From Eledone cirrhosa (taxonomy: Eukaryota), in assembly GCA_964016885.1 (NCBI GenBank), contig OZ024745.1, positions 102,486,001 to 102,550,000 of the forward strand: a DNA stretch of 64,000 nt, read 5' to 3'. Each line of letters begins with the position of its first letter. Positions within the stretch are counted from its first letter, which is position 1. The notes below the pieces were generated by a model. It worked only from the letters and a program-made list of their open reading frames with translations, was not told the DNA's origin and did not search any database. Shown piece after piece: positions 11,851-28,137 of this stretch. Position numbers and translations under genes: made by a program.

Positions 11851-13991
11851 AAATCGTATTGTCATTGGAGAGAAGTGTATCCGGAATGATAAAGGTGAGC
11901 TTGCCCTCACAAGTGCTGAGAAGAAAGATGCATGGAAGAGTCATTGTGATAGATTACTAAATGAGGAGAATGCATGGGAAGAAGAGACCCTACCCCAAGT
12001 AGACCCTATAGAGGGGCCAGCAGTACAAGTCAGTAGCAACGTAGTAAGTAAGGCAATCAAAGATATGAAGATGGGGAAGGCAACCGGTCCATCGGGTATA
12101 GCTGCCGAGATGCTGAAGGCATCTGGGTCTGTAGGTCACACTATAACCACACGTATTGTTAACCAGGTAATACTAGAAGGTGTCATACCAAAAGATTGGT
12201 GCAGTAGCATCATTGTCAACTACTACAAAGGTAAAGGCGATGCACTAGATAGAGGAAACTATAGAGGTATAAAGTTGATGGACCAGGTCATGAAAGTAAC
12301 AGAAAGAGTTATAGCACAGTTGATTAGGGACCGGGTGAAAATAGACGAGATGCAATTTGGGTTTGTACCAGGAAGAGGCACCACTGATGCTCTCTTCCTT
12401 GTGAGGCAGTTACAGGAAAAGTACCTAGCTAAAAGTAAGCCACTCTACTTGGCATTTGTCGACCTTGAGAAAGCCTTTGACAGAGTTCCACGTGCTGTAA
12501 TCTGGTGGGCTCTTAGAAAACTAGGAGTAGATGAATGGCTTGTGAAAGCGGTACAAGCCATGTATAGGGGAGCAGTCAGCAAAGTTAGGATTAGCAATGA
12601 GTATAGCGAGGAATTTAGCGTACAGGTTGGGGTCCACCAGGGCTCTGTTCTTAGCCCCCTCCTGTTCATCATAGTCCTGCAGGCAATAACGGAGGAGTTT
12701 ATACCGGATGCCCATGGCAACTCCTGTATGCAGATGACCTTGCACTTATAGCTGAATCTATGGTAGAACTAGAGAAGAAATTCCAAACTTGGAAGGAGGG
12801 ACTAGAAAGAAAGGGTCTCAAAGTCAACATGACAAAGTCTAAGGTCCTTGTAAGTAGACGAGAAAACAGAACCCAGATCCCCTCAGGGAAATGGCTTTGC
12901 TCAGAATGTAGGAAAGGTGTAGGTAGGAACTCCATTCTCTGCCCCAAATGCAAACAATGGGTACACAAGAGATGTAGCGGGATCTCAGGAAGCTTAATTG
13001 AGAATGTAGGCTTCACATGCAGCAGCTGTGCTGGGACAGCAAGCAGCAAACAGCCACAGGAAACAGGTACCACCAATCTCTGGGAGGGCTCTGCAGAAAC
13101 AGTAGACAGCTTCTGCTACCTAGGTGACCCAATTAGCAGCGGAGGTGGGTGTTCAGAAAGTACAATAACTAGGGTAAGAACGGGATGGAAGAAGTTTAGG
13201 GAACTACTACCACTGCTAGCTGCAAAAGGCTTCTCCCTCAGAATGAAAGGCAGACTGTATGATGCGTGTATCTGAACAGCGATGTTGCATGGTAGTGAGG
13301 CCTGGGCACTGAAGGTGGAACACTTACGTAGATTAGAGAGAAACGAAGCCTGCATGCTCCGATGGATGTGTAACAGTAATATACGTGAACGACAAAGCAT
13401 AAATGAATTGAGAGAGAGACTGAGCATAAGAGGAATCAAATGGTGTGTGCAGGAGAGGCGGTTGCGCTGGTATGGACATGTGATGCGTATGAAGGATGAC
13501 AGCTGCATAAAAAGGTGCAGAGCACTAGAAATTGATGGAAACAGCGGAGTGGGGAGACCCAAGATGACCTGGGATGAGGTGATAAAAGCCGACCTTACAC
13601 AATTACACCTCTCAAAGGCAATGACACAGGACCGTGACCTCTAGCGTCACGCAGTAATACAGAGTACCCGACCTCCCATGGGTACAAGCTGAAGCATATA
13701 GACAATATGCCCCCACCGCAAGGTGGTCGTGGAGGAGCCACGGCAAAAAAATACCCAGCCCACACTGTAAAGTGGACGTGTAGGCGCCACGAAAAAGCAC
13801 CCAGCACTCACTGTAAATGAGGTTGGTGTTAGGAAGGGCATCCAACTGTAGAAATCAAGCCAAATCAGTTCCTGTATGAGCAAGGCATGGTCAGCCGACC
13901 AGACACTGCCCACAACAGGACAACCCGTCTAACCCATGCTAGCGTGGAAGAACGGACGTAAAACGGTCATGATGATGATGATGATGATGAT
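11851..13991 (+). mobile_element. RTE LINE subfamily A, 5'-truncated pseudogenised copy
   Basis: ORF pieces 12065-12751, 12760-13275 and 13282-13644 give RT, PHD-like finger and C-terminus, broken by a frameshift near 12703 and by stops; (GAT)n tail. Confidence 0.95.
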
Positions 13992-14994
13992 AGTGACTCA
14001 TTCATCAATATCCAGTTGGTTTTCTTATGAAAGTCATTTCTAAAATAGAAAATAAATTGCAACTATAGCTACATTTAATTTTTGAAAAATATAATTATAT
14101 CTCTGGTACAAAAATCTTGTAATTATATACATTTTAATTTTGTCTTTATCACACAGTTTTATTTTTACTGATTCTTTTAACCTAATCTCATGCTTATGTA
14201 ATGCAATTTATTTTAATTTTCACCCTCAGTGTATCTGAAATTTTATCAGCTTTCCATCCTCCTTTACTAAATATAAATAGCCAGTCACTAAGTCATGTAA
14301 AGAGGATACTGATTACATTTTTTTTCCTGTCGTTTATCCATTTTACTACTTGATGTGAAGATCCACAAATATCCATGATATATTTTGACCAGTGTATTGA
14401 GAGTTTTGTAATAAAACTGATCTTATGACTGCTCTGAGTTATCTCTTGAAACATTTTCTCTATTGTTAATGCCATTTAATGTAAGTAGCTCTTGCATTTC
14501 TTTCTTTCTAAATTAGCCTTATGCATGACCTAACATGCATTTTGTTTAATAGCCTATGTTTCTCCTATTAAGAGGCCACTTCTTGCTTAATTTTACATCA
14601 CTAAACAATGTATCACTAAAGTGGTAATACTCTTTACTTATATTTGATGTTTCTAGAACTGTTTTTATACTTCTTGCTAAAATTGAAGTAAATGAAGCAT
14701 TTAAGTTTTCCTGAAAGGTAGGATTAGGTATGTATTGATTTTATAAAATATATTAACAATCGACTATTTCATCTTAGCCACTGAATTCTAATAAGCTTGC
14801 TATCCTCTCATTTCTAGTTACATAAAGAATCTACAACCTAAAGAATCTAAAGGTTTATTTGAATTGTTATTGATGTTCAATTTTGTGATTGTACTGCTTC
14901 TAAGATTATTCTAGTTGATATAAAATACGTTCAGGGAAGGAAACATTAGAATGTAAAGATTTGATTTCTAAAATTTATTTTTGTCTACTATTAA

Positions 14995-15027
<33 letters not shown>

Positions 15028-16699
15028 TATCTACATTTACTTAAATAGTGTACATACAAATGCACACAATTGTATCTCCTCACAATGAGGCACAACACTC
15101 ACTAGTTAATGTAAACTGGATCTATTTCTTGTTTCCTTCACTAGAAATCCATCTGAGAGTGCAGTTCACAAATGAATCTTAATGTGAAAAAAAACAAAAA
15201 AAACAGAACTGGGCCTTTAGGAGTCATTATATTCATAAACCAATATAAACACACGTGTGTGTGTGTTCATTTCCTTTAAAAGGCTTAGGTACACCTGAGA
15301 CTATAGTAGAACAGCAATGACATTCTTTTCCCTGAATTTCTTGGGAGTATTTCACATGCTGGCCAGTCACATAAGAGAGCATTGGATCTAACTGGTGATT
15401 TCTCAAGAGTGGGGGAATAACTTTAGATATTGAATATGACATTTGAGATGTGAGCGAGTGTAATAGGCTGGTGGTCATGAGAACGTTTTAGCTTCTTGGG
15501 GATGGGACAGACGAACAAGTTTCCAAAGATTCAGATAGATCATGTTCAGATAGAAAATTTAGAGGGTAGGTCGGGGTATATATCAGATGCATAACTTAAT
15601 AGATGAGGAATGGTTTGTTGTTCTTTATCCTCAGATCAGTCCTGGTTGAGTATATTAATTATCAACAGTATCCAAGCTTTATTATCGTGTTATTTTAGGG
15701 ATGTCTTGAGTTACATTATGTGTCCCTTTTTAACTTTTATTGACATATTTCTAATGAAAAACTGCCTATGATTTTCAATTAATTTTGAAAATAATCAAGC
15801 ATTCGAAGGAATTTAATAACAATTTTCTCATTGTCAATCTATTGTTTGAAACATAACTAGAAGTTTCTTAAATAAACATGGAAGATGTTTTAATAATTAT
15901 GAGCTCTTTAAAATAAAGTTTTGTATCATAGAAATCAGGGCAGCTTCAAGCAATTTGGTATCAAACGACTTAAGATGGAAAAATGAAATTTGAGGTAAAC
16001 TTTTTAGCTTTGTCAACTTGTACACTTGTACAAGAGATATCGAGAGTGCCAGTTTTATTGTTGGCTTGAAGTTGTGCTCTGTAAGTATATGTATTGATTC
16101 TACTATTTTTCAAATACCAATATAAAATTACTCCAAGTAATCTTTAGTCATTTTTTCCCCCATAGATTTCTTATCAGATAATTAAATTTTTTCAACTTGT
16201 GAACATTTGTCTAGAAAATTCTATCTAAATAACAGAAACCGGGTTGTGATACATAATTTAAAAGTAAGTTAAATGTCTTGTGGTATCTTAATCTTTGAAT
16301 ATTCTTTAGTGCTAAAATATTTAATTTTTTCAGAAAAGCATAAGTTGCATATGTTTCTAAAAAAATAAAACTTAAACATTGAAAATTAAAACATAAAATA
16401 TAAACCAATAATAATAAAGAGAATTGAGGAAGAAAATCTTATACTTAATTTCAGAAATTTAATTTCTATAATTTGAAACTGACTAATAATTATTTCTTAC
16501 AAGTTTTCAAAACCATTAAGAGGAAATATACCATTAACTAGAAACAAAGAAATACAGTCACATTCAATGTTTTTCTAAATATATTTCAATTATTATTTTA
16601 CATTGAAGCCAACCCTTACTAGCATGGATATCAGATGTTAAATTATGGTGCTGCTGCTGATCATATGATACACACGCAGAGTTATGGTTGTAAGTCCAA

Positions 16700-17240
16700 G
16701 ACCCTTACCATTAGGCCATGCGCTTCAAATTCCTGGAATGGGTTGTGTGTTGCGTTCTTGAGCAAAAAACTACATTTGATGTTGCTCCAGTATACTGAGC
16801 TGAAAATGAGTACCAGCTATAGCTAGGAGTTTAACCTTGCAATGGACTGTCATCCTGTCAAGGATGAGGGAGTGTTGTACTCTCAGTCACTTAGCACCAT
16901 GGAAACCAAGATAAGCACCAGCCTGATGAGCCTCCAGGCTTGAGACAGACAGACAGACATATATATATATATACACATACACATACATAAACACACACAT
17001 GTGTCGGAACTCAGACAGTTACAATCATCATCCAAGAACAACCTGCTCATGAAATTAAACTGCAAGTGGCTGAGCATTCCATGGACACAGGTACCCTTAA
17101 CATATTTCTCAGGGAGATTCACTGACACAGTTTATGACAACACTGACCCTTTGACTTACAGGTAAAACTCACTTTTTCCTGCTGAATGCACTGGATCAAA
17201 TTGGAATAAAATGTCAACCATTTCAGGAACCAGACTCATC
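16700..17240. mobile_element. Two decayed SINE-like repeats of a second type, separated by a microsatellite
   Basis: Core-like segments cttgagcaa...ctccagt...aaatgagtacc (plus, ~16740-16940) and an apparently oppositely oriented segment at ~17000-17240; family not identified. Confidence 0.45.
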
Positions 17241-17254
17241 ACTGTTTCTAAGCT

Positions 17255-17288
<34 letters not shown>

Positions 17289-17292
<4 letters not shown>

Positions 17293-17497
17293 GTTGTACT
17301 TTGGGAGGGTCATATTGCCAATAAAATCCCATGCACCTGTTGGTTTTCACTTCAATTTTTTATAAATTTCCGGTTATAAAACCAACAAACCAACATGTAC
17401 ATGTGTTTTATTGGCAATATGACCCTCCCAAAGTATAACAATATGTTTTAACACGTTTTCAGATAAAAAATCTCACAAAGCAAATTCAAAAATGAAT
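17289..17497. repeat. TA-embedded inverted-repeat element
   Basis: Arms ~17289-17346 and ~17387-17443 (core ctttgggagggtcatattgccaataaaa / ttttattggcaatatgaccctcccaaag), short tail, (TA)n on both sides. Confidence 0.8.
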
Positions 17498-17526
17498 TAT
17501 ATATATATATATATATATATATAAAT

Positions 17527-18208
17527 ATAGTTATGTAATAAACAACAAGATAATTATTTCATTTACCAGTGATTTCTTGAAAACAAACGAAATTTGCTTT
17601 CAGTCATCAGAATGGAAAAATCCTGGTGTATTTGTTGACAGTGGATTTTAAAAACAATAATATAATCTATATGAAAGTGAGGCTGGAAAAGGAAGAAGGA
17701 AAAGAAACAGATTAATATAAAAGTAGATAAACACACATGCACACACACACACATACATACATACACACATACACACATACACACATACACATATATATAT
17801 ATAAATACATATATACATATCAATACATACACACACACATACACACATGCATAAATATATATATACATATACACATATATAATCATACATATATACACAC
17901 GGACATATACACACACATACACATATATACACGCATACATACGCACACAGATATATGTACACACACCTACATACGCAAACACACATATATACACGCATAC
18001 ATACGCACACAGATATATGTACACACACCTACATACGCAAACACACAATTAAATATAAGAAAAAATAATAGTAAAAAAATATAATGATGTAAAATGCCGT
18101 CACATCAAAAGAAATATGAAAAATAAAAAATATATACGACTTAAAATAAAAATATATTATTATAAAGTTGACAGCGATACAGGAAATGACACAAATAAAT
18201 AAACACAC
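17527..18208. repeat. Outer left arm of a large inverted duplication
   Basis: 17527-17703 is the diverged reverse complement of 46640-46802; 18040-18208 is that of ~45628-45800. Confidence 0.88.
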
Positions 18209-18288
18209 ATGGTAAGCAATACACATATACACACACATATACATACATATATATATATAGACATGTATACACACACACATATACGCAC

Positions 18289-18321
<33 letters not shown>

Positions 18322-18356
18322 TATACACACGCACATAAATACATATACACACATAT

Positions 18357-18397
<41 letters not shown>

Positions 18398-18658
18398 TAC
18401 ATACATATATACATACATATATATATATATATATACACACATATATATACATACATATACACATATATATACACATACATACACATACATACATATACAC
18501 ATACATACATATATATACACATACATACATATACACATACATACATATATATACACATACATACATATATATACACATACATACATATATATACACATAC
18601 ATACATATATATACACATACATACATATATATACACATACACATATATACGCACATAT

Positions 18659-18716
<58 letters not shown>

Positions 18717-19910
18717 ATCATCATCATCATCATCATCATCACCGTTTTACGTCCGTTCTTCCACGCTAGCATGGGTTAGACGGGTTGTCCTGTTGTGGGC
18801 AGTATCTGGTCGGCTGACCATGCCTTGCTCATACAGGAACTGATCTGGCTTGATTTCTACAGCTGGATGCCCTTCCTAACACCAACCTCATTTACAGTGA
18901 GTGCTGGGTGCTTTTTCGTGGCGCCTACACGTCCACTTTACAGTGTGGGCTGGGTGCTTTTTTACCGTGGCACCTCCACGACCACCTTGCGGGGGGGGGG
19001 GCATATCGTTTATATGCTTCAGCATGTACCCATGGGAGGTCGGGTACCCTGTATTACTGCGTGACGCCAGAAGTCACGGTCGTGTGTCATTGACTTTGAG
19101 AGGTGTAGTTGGGTAAGGTCGGCTTTTATCACCTCATCCCAAGTCATCTTGGGTCTCCCCACTCCGCGGTTTCCATCAACTTCTAGTGCTCAGCACCTTT
19201 TTATGCAGCTGTCATCCTTCATACGCATCACATGTCCATACCAGCGTAACCGCCTCTCCTGTACGCAGCATTTGATTCCTCTTATGCTCAGTCTCTCTCT
19301 CAATTCCTTTATGCTTTGTCGTTCACGTATATTACTGTTACACATCCATCGGAGCATGCAGGCTTCGTTTCTCTCTAATCTACGTAAGTCTTCCACCTTC
19401 AGCGCCCAGGTCTCACTACCATGCAACATCGCTGTTCGGATACACGCATCATACAGTCTGCCTTTCATTCTGACGGAGAAGCCTTTTGCAGCTAGCAGTG
19501 GTAGTAGTTCCCTAAACTTCTTCCATCCCGTTCTCACGCTAGTTATTGTACTTTCTGAGCACCCACCTCCGTTGCTAATTCGGTCACCTGGGTAGCAGAA
19601 GCTGTCTACTGTTTCTACAGGGCCCTCCCAGAGATTGGTGGTACTTGTTTCCTGTGGCTGTTTGCTTGCTGTTTCAGCACAGCTGCTGCATGTGAATCCT
19701 ACATTCTTAATTAAGCTTCCTGAGATCCCGCTACATCTCTTGTGTACCCATTGTTTGCATTTGGGGCAGAGAATGGAGTTCCTACCTACACCTTTCCTAC
19801 ATACTGAGCAAGGCCATTTCCCTGAGGGGATCTGGGTTCTGTTTTCTTGTCTACTTATAAGGACCTTAGTCTTTGTCATGTTGACTTTGAGGCCCTTTCT
19901 CTCTAGTCCC
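18717..19910 (-). mobile_element. RTE subfamily A 3' portion
   Basis: ORF 19190-19912 (PHD-like finger, [11 protein letters not shown]), 3' UTR as in 13645-13991, tail seen as (ATC)n at 18717-18741, TA/CA on both sides. Confidence 0.95.
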
Positions 19911-19929
19911 ATATAAAATCATATAAACA

Positions 19930-22000
<2,071 letters not shown>

Positions 22001-22411
22001 ATGGTGGCTGCCAACTCGTTTTCGAGTATGGCCACTACTTTATATCCATCTAGGAGAACCCCTACCGATGCGCTAAACAAGTGGGACTTTTTAGTCCAGC
22101 CAGCAACTTGAAAACTTTGGTACAAACACTACACCTGTGACAATCATTGACACATAGTGCTGGGCACATGGTACCACGTGACGACAAGTGCAGAGAGATC
22201 TCCAGATATAAAGCAATGCCTGTGCCGTGAAGCTTTTATAGTGAGCAAAGGCACTGCACAAAGCCAGTCCCACTCTCTTAACCAAGATGATATTTACCAA
22301 AAAGAAGAACAAGTCAACATCATTGGATACCATCAGGGTTGCAGGTGTTATATCAGAGTTTTCCTTCTTCTAGAATTCTGCCTTGACAAAGGCTAAGGGG
22401 TCATCTCTCCC
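22001..22411 (-). mobile_element. Bipartite non-autonomous RTE-derived element, copy 1 (5'-truncated)
   Basis: Highly similar to 24690-25259 and 27438-28049; 3' end gcagccaccat runs into (TA)n. Confidence 0.8.
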
Positions 22412-22456
22412 AGATACATACATACATACATACATACATACATACATACATACATA

Positions 22457-24561
22457 ACTGCCACTACTCTCCTCATTCCCAAAAATAGCCAAACCACCCT
22501 TGCTAAAAATTACCGCCCAATTGCCTGCCAAAACATCATGTATAAATTATATACTGGGTGCCTTAACCTGTTCTTACAGGATCACTGTGCTACCAACAAC
22601 ATCATAACACCTGAGCAAGCTGGTGGAAAGAGGGAGGTGTGGGGTTGCATAGATCACCTACTAACTAACAAAATGATTCAGGAAAAAACAACAAAGAATC
22701 GCAGAAACATGACTGTCGTGTGGCTGGACTATCAAAAAGCATTTGATAGTGTACCTCATGGGTGGATTATTAAGGCTTTACAGTTAGCTAAAGTCCCACA
22801 ACCATTAGTAGCTGCTGTTGAACGCCTGACCAAGAACTGGTACACCAATTTGATCCTTAGAGGTGAGAAGGAGCAGGTTAAGACTGATAGGATACATTAC
22901 CAGAAGGGCATCTTTCAGGGTGATAGCTTGTCAGTACTACTCTTCGTTCTCTCACTGAATCCACTATCTTACCTACTCAGGAAACAAGGTGGACAAAAAA
23001 GTGGGCCCAGAAGTATCTCCCATCTTTTCTTTGTTGATGACCTGAAGTTGTATGGGCCAAATATCAATGACATCAAGAAACAATTGGACCTCATTACACA
23101 ATTTTCAACCGACATCAAAATGAAATTTGGTGAGTCCAAGTGTGCATATTTGGCAGTAAAACGTGGAAGAGCTGTGCCCTCCTCTAGAAATCTAGATATG
23201 AACGGCCTGACAATACAACCTCTGCAGTCAGGTGACAACTACAGATATCTTGGACAGGATGAGAATGTCAGATATGATGGACCCATAAATAAGGAGAGAA
23301 CCAGAACTGAATACCTCAGAAGAGTAAAAAAAATATGGTCATCAGAACTGTCAGCATACAACAAATACATTGCCCACAATACCTATGCTGTGCCAATTCT
23401 AACGCCAACATTTGGCCTACTGAACTGGTCATTGCAAGAACTAAGTGAGATGGATGTTAGAACTCGAAAACTTCTCAGTGTTACTGGGAACTTTAACATC
23501 AATGGTGATGTGGATAGGCTATACTTCTCACGCAAGGAAGGTGGCCGGGGTCTAAAATCAATATTAACAACATATGAGACCCGGATAGTAACACTGAAGC
23601 AACACCTTCAACAGAGGAAAAAGGTTGGCGACCATCTTGCTCAGGTTTATGAGCATGAAAAAAGAAATATCATTAGAATAGCGACTGATCTGGAGGAGAG
23701 ATATGGAATAAAGCCCGATATAAATCTCTCACCCAGAGAAATCGGAAGATCCTATTCAATGTTCAAACAAAAAAAAAAATTGACCAATTTACAGAGAAAG
23801 TTGTGCATGGATACTTGAGGCGTAAAACACAGACCATAGAGGGGATAAACCACTCAAAAAGCCTGGCATGGAGTTCCGACAAGTTTATGACATCACACCT
23901 TGAGGGATATCTCTATGCAATACAGGAACAAGAACTCCCTACCAAATATCTGCTGCACAAAAGAGGAGGGCCAGCAGCTGACAATAAATGTAGGCTATGT
24001 AAAACAAAGATCGAGGATGTAAGCCACATTGTTGCCAGCTGCGAAAGAATGTCATCTCGCTACTACCTCCCCATGAGACACGATGGGATAGCTAGAACTA
24101 TCTGGAACGCACTTCGGAAAACAAAATTAACAACAAACGAGGAAGAATATATTGAGACAGATGGCACTAAGGAATACTGGCGGAACCTGAAAATAAAAAC
24201 TGCCACCAAATTAAAGCACAACCGGCCTGATATTGTAGTTTGGGACCACACATTGAAAACGTGTTCTGTTGTGGAGATCAGCTGCCCACTTGATGTAAAC
24301 GTTGTCAGAAAAATACAGGAGAAGGAGGACATCTACGGACCATTGATGAGGAGCTTACAAATCCAGTATCCAAGATACACCTTTAGCTTCATACCCATCA
24401 TTATTGGTGCTACGGGTTATATACCAACCCGCTTGGACCAAAGTATGACCGAACTTGGATTTGCGGACAAAAAGCGCAGCGCCCTAATTCATAGTCTACA
24501 AATGGCTGCGATAGCTGGCACCTTCAAAATATGCAAAACATTCTTGCGATTCAAGGGATGA
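22457..24561 (+). CDS. RT-RLE polyprotein, interrupted by one frameshift at the A-run 23769-23779
   Basis: NYRPIAC, WLDYQKAFDSVPH, GIFQGDSLS, HLFFVDDLKLY, GGRGL; CRLC..EDVSHIVASC; RHD; NRPDIVV..VEISCP..EK RLE motif. Confidence 0.88.
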
Positions 24562-24642
24562 CAATTTCTTTTCTTTTACAACCTTGCCACCAGGAAGGTG
24601 GCCGGTCAAAAAAATATACTCGAAATTAAGAGAAAGAGAAAA
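22457..24642 (+). mobile_element. R4/Dong-like non-LTR retrotransposon (RT + CCHC + restriction-like endonuclease), 5'-truncated
   Basis: See CDS entry; starts directly after (CATA)n at 22415-22456, and a ~80-bp 3' UTR ends in catacaca repeats. Confidence 0.88.
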
Positions 24643-24689
24643 CATACACACATACACACATACACACACACACACACACATATATATAC

Positions 24690-25259
24690 ATGGTGGCTGC
24701 CAACTCGTTTTCGAGTACGGCCAATACTTTATATCCATCTAGGAGAACCCCTACCGATGCGCTGAACGAATATGACTTTTTAGTCCAGCCAGCGACTTGA
24801 AAACTCTGGTACAAACACTACACCTGTGACAATTATTGACACATAGTGCTGGGCCCATGGTACCATGTAACGACAAGTGCAGAAAGATCTCCAGATATAC
24901 AGCAATGCCTGTGCCGTGAAGCTTTTATAGTGAGCAAAGGCACTGCACAAAGCCAGTCCCACTCCCTTAACCAAGATGATATTTACCAAAAAGAAGAACA
25001 AGTCAACATCATTGGATACCATCAGGGTTGCAGGTGTTATATCAGAGTTTTCCTTCTCCTAGAATTCTGCCTTGACAAAGGCTAAGAGGTCATCTCTCCC
25101 GGTGATTTTGGATGGCCATTGACTCTTAAAAGCTCCTTTTCCCTTTGACAGGTTTTGTTTTTAGTCCTGCAGGATGTCCAAAGTCACCCTCCTCACCAAG
25201 AAACCTTGGTGGGGTTGTTAGTTTAGTCGCCAACGACCCGACCATGAGACAGGTTGTAC
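24690..25259 (-). mobile_element. Bipartite non-autonomous RTE-derived element, copy 2
   Basis: RTE-5'UTR-like ctaggagaaggaaaactctga joined to a decayed C2H2-finger-coding 3' end; microsatellite on both sides. Confidence 0.8.
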
Positions 25260-27129
25260 ACACACATACATACATATATATATACACACATACATATACA
25301 CACATATATATATACACACATACATATACACACATACATATACACACATACATATATACACACATACATATACACACATACATATATACATACATATATA
25401 TATACACATATACACATACATATATATATACACATATACACATACATATATATATACACATATATACATACATATATATATACACATATACATATATACA
25501 CACACACACATATACACATATACATACACACACACACACACACATATACATACACACACACACACATATATATATACACACACACACACACATATATATA
25601 TACACACACACACACATACATATATACATATACACATATACACACACACACATATATACATATATATATATATATACACACACACATATATACATATATA
25701 TATATATACACACACACATATATACATATATATATATACACACACACATATATACATATATATATATACACACACACATATATACATATATATATATACA
25801 CACACACATATATACATATATATATATATACACACACACATATATACATATATATATATATACACACACACATATATACATATATATATATATACACACA
25901 CACATATATACATATATATATATATACACACACACATATATACATATATATATATATACACACACACATATATACATATATATATATATACACACACACA
26001 TATATACATATATATATATATACACACACACATATATACATATATATATATATACACACACACATATATACATATATATATATATACACACACACATATA
26101 TACATATATATATATATACACACACACATATATACATATATATATATATACACACACACATATATACATATATATATATATACACACACACATATATACA
26201 TATATATATATATACACACACACATATATACATATATATATATATACACACACACATATATACATATATATATATATACACACACACATATATACATATA
26301 TATATATATACACACACACATATATACATATATATATATATACACACACACATATATACATATATATATATATACACACACACATATATACATATATATA
26401 TATATACACACACACATATATACATATATATATATATACACACACACATATATACATATATATATATATACACACACACATATATACATATATATATATA
26501 TACACACACACATATATACATATATATATATATACACACACACATATATACATATATATATATATACACACACACATATATACATATATATATATATACA
26601 CACACACATATATACATATATATATATATACACACACACATATATACATATATATATATATACACACACACATATATACATATATATATATATACACACA
26701 CACATATATACATATATATATATATACACACACACATATATACATATATATATATATACACACACACATATATACATATATATATATATACACACATATA
26801 TACATATATATATATACACACACATATATACATATATATATATACACACACATATATACATATATATATATACACACATATATACATATATATATATATA
26901 CACACATACATATATATACACACATACATATATATATATATACACACATACATATATATATATATACACACATACATATATATATATATACACACATATA
27001 TACATATATATATATATACACACATATATACATATATATATATATACACACATATATACATATATATATATATACACACATATATACATACACATATATA
27101 TACATATACACACATATATACATATACAC

Positions 27130-27162
<33 letters not shown>

Positions 27163-27205
27163 CACATATATACATACATATATATATATATATATACACA
27201 CATAT

Positions 27206-27250
<45 letters not shown>

Positions 27251-27437
27251 TACATACATATATATATATATATATACACACATATATACATACATATATA
27301 TATATATACACACATATATACATACATATATATATATATATATACACACATATATACATACATATATATATATATATATACACACATATATACATACATA
27401 TATATATATATATATACACACATATATACATACATAT
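25260..27437. repeat. Compound TA/CA microsatellite with a homogeneous 32-bp higher-order unit
   Basis: Unit cacacacacatatatacatatatatatatata repeated ~30 times at ~25800-26790. Confidence 0.95.
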
Positions 27438-28049
27438 ATGGTGGCTGCCAACTCGTTTTCGAGTACGGCCACTACTTTACATCCATGTAGGATAACCCCT
27501 ACCGAAGCGCTGAACGAGTGTGACTTTTTAGTCCAGCCAGCGACTTGAAACCTCTGGTACAAACACTACACCTGTGACAACCATTGACACATAGTGCTAG
27601 GCCCATGGTAGGACAACCATTGACACATAGTGCTGGGCCCATGTGAGGACAAGTGCAGAGAGATCTCCAGATATAAAGCAATGCCTGTGCCGTGAAGCTT
27701 TTATAGTGAGCAAAGGCACTGCACAAAGCCAGTCCCACTCTCTTAACCAAGATGATATTTACCAAAAAGAAGAACAAGTCAACATCATTGGATACCATCA
27801 GGGTTGCAGGTGTTATATCAGAGTTTTCCTTCTCCTAGAATTCTGCCTTGACAAAGGCTAAGGGGTCATCTCTCCCGGTGATTTTGGATGGCCATTGACT
27901 CTTAAGAGCTCCTTTGCCCTTTGACAGGTTTTGTTTTTAGTCCTGCAGGATGTCCAAAGTCACCCTCCTCACCAAGAAACCTTGGTGGGGTTGCCAGTTT
28001 AGTCGCCAACGACCCGACCATGAGACAGGTTGTACTGGGATACATGTTA
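27438..28049 (-). mobile_element. Bipartite non-autonomous RTE-derived element, copy 3 (longest)
   Basis: Encodes [17 protein letters not shown] (C2H2-like remnant); short internal duplication at ~27576-27643. Confidence 0.82.
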
Positions 28050-28137
28050 CACACATATATACATACATATATATATACACACATATATACATACATATAT
28101 ATATACACACATATATACATACATATATATATATGAA

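Noticed and set aside
27985-28049. Complete HDV-like ribozyme at the 5' end of the bipartite element
   Set aside because: P2- and P4-like pairings are visible, but P1/P3 could not be assembled; the copy may be truncated
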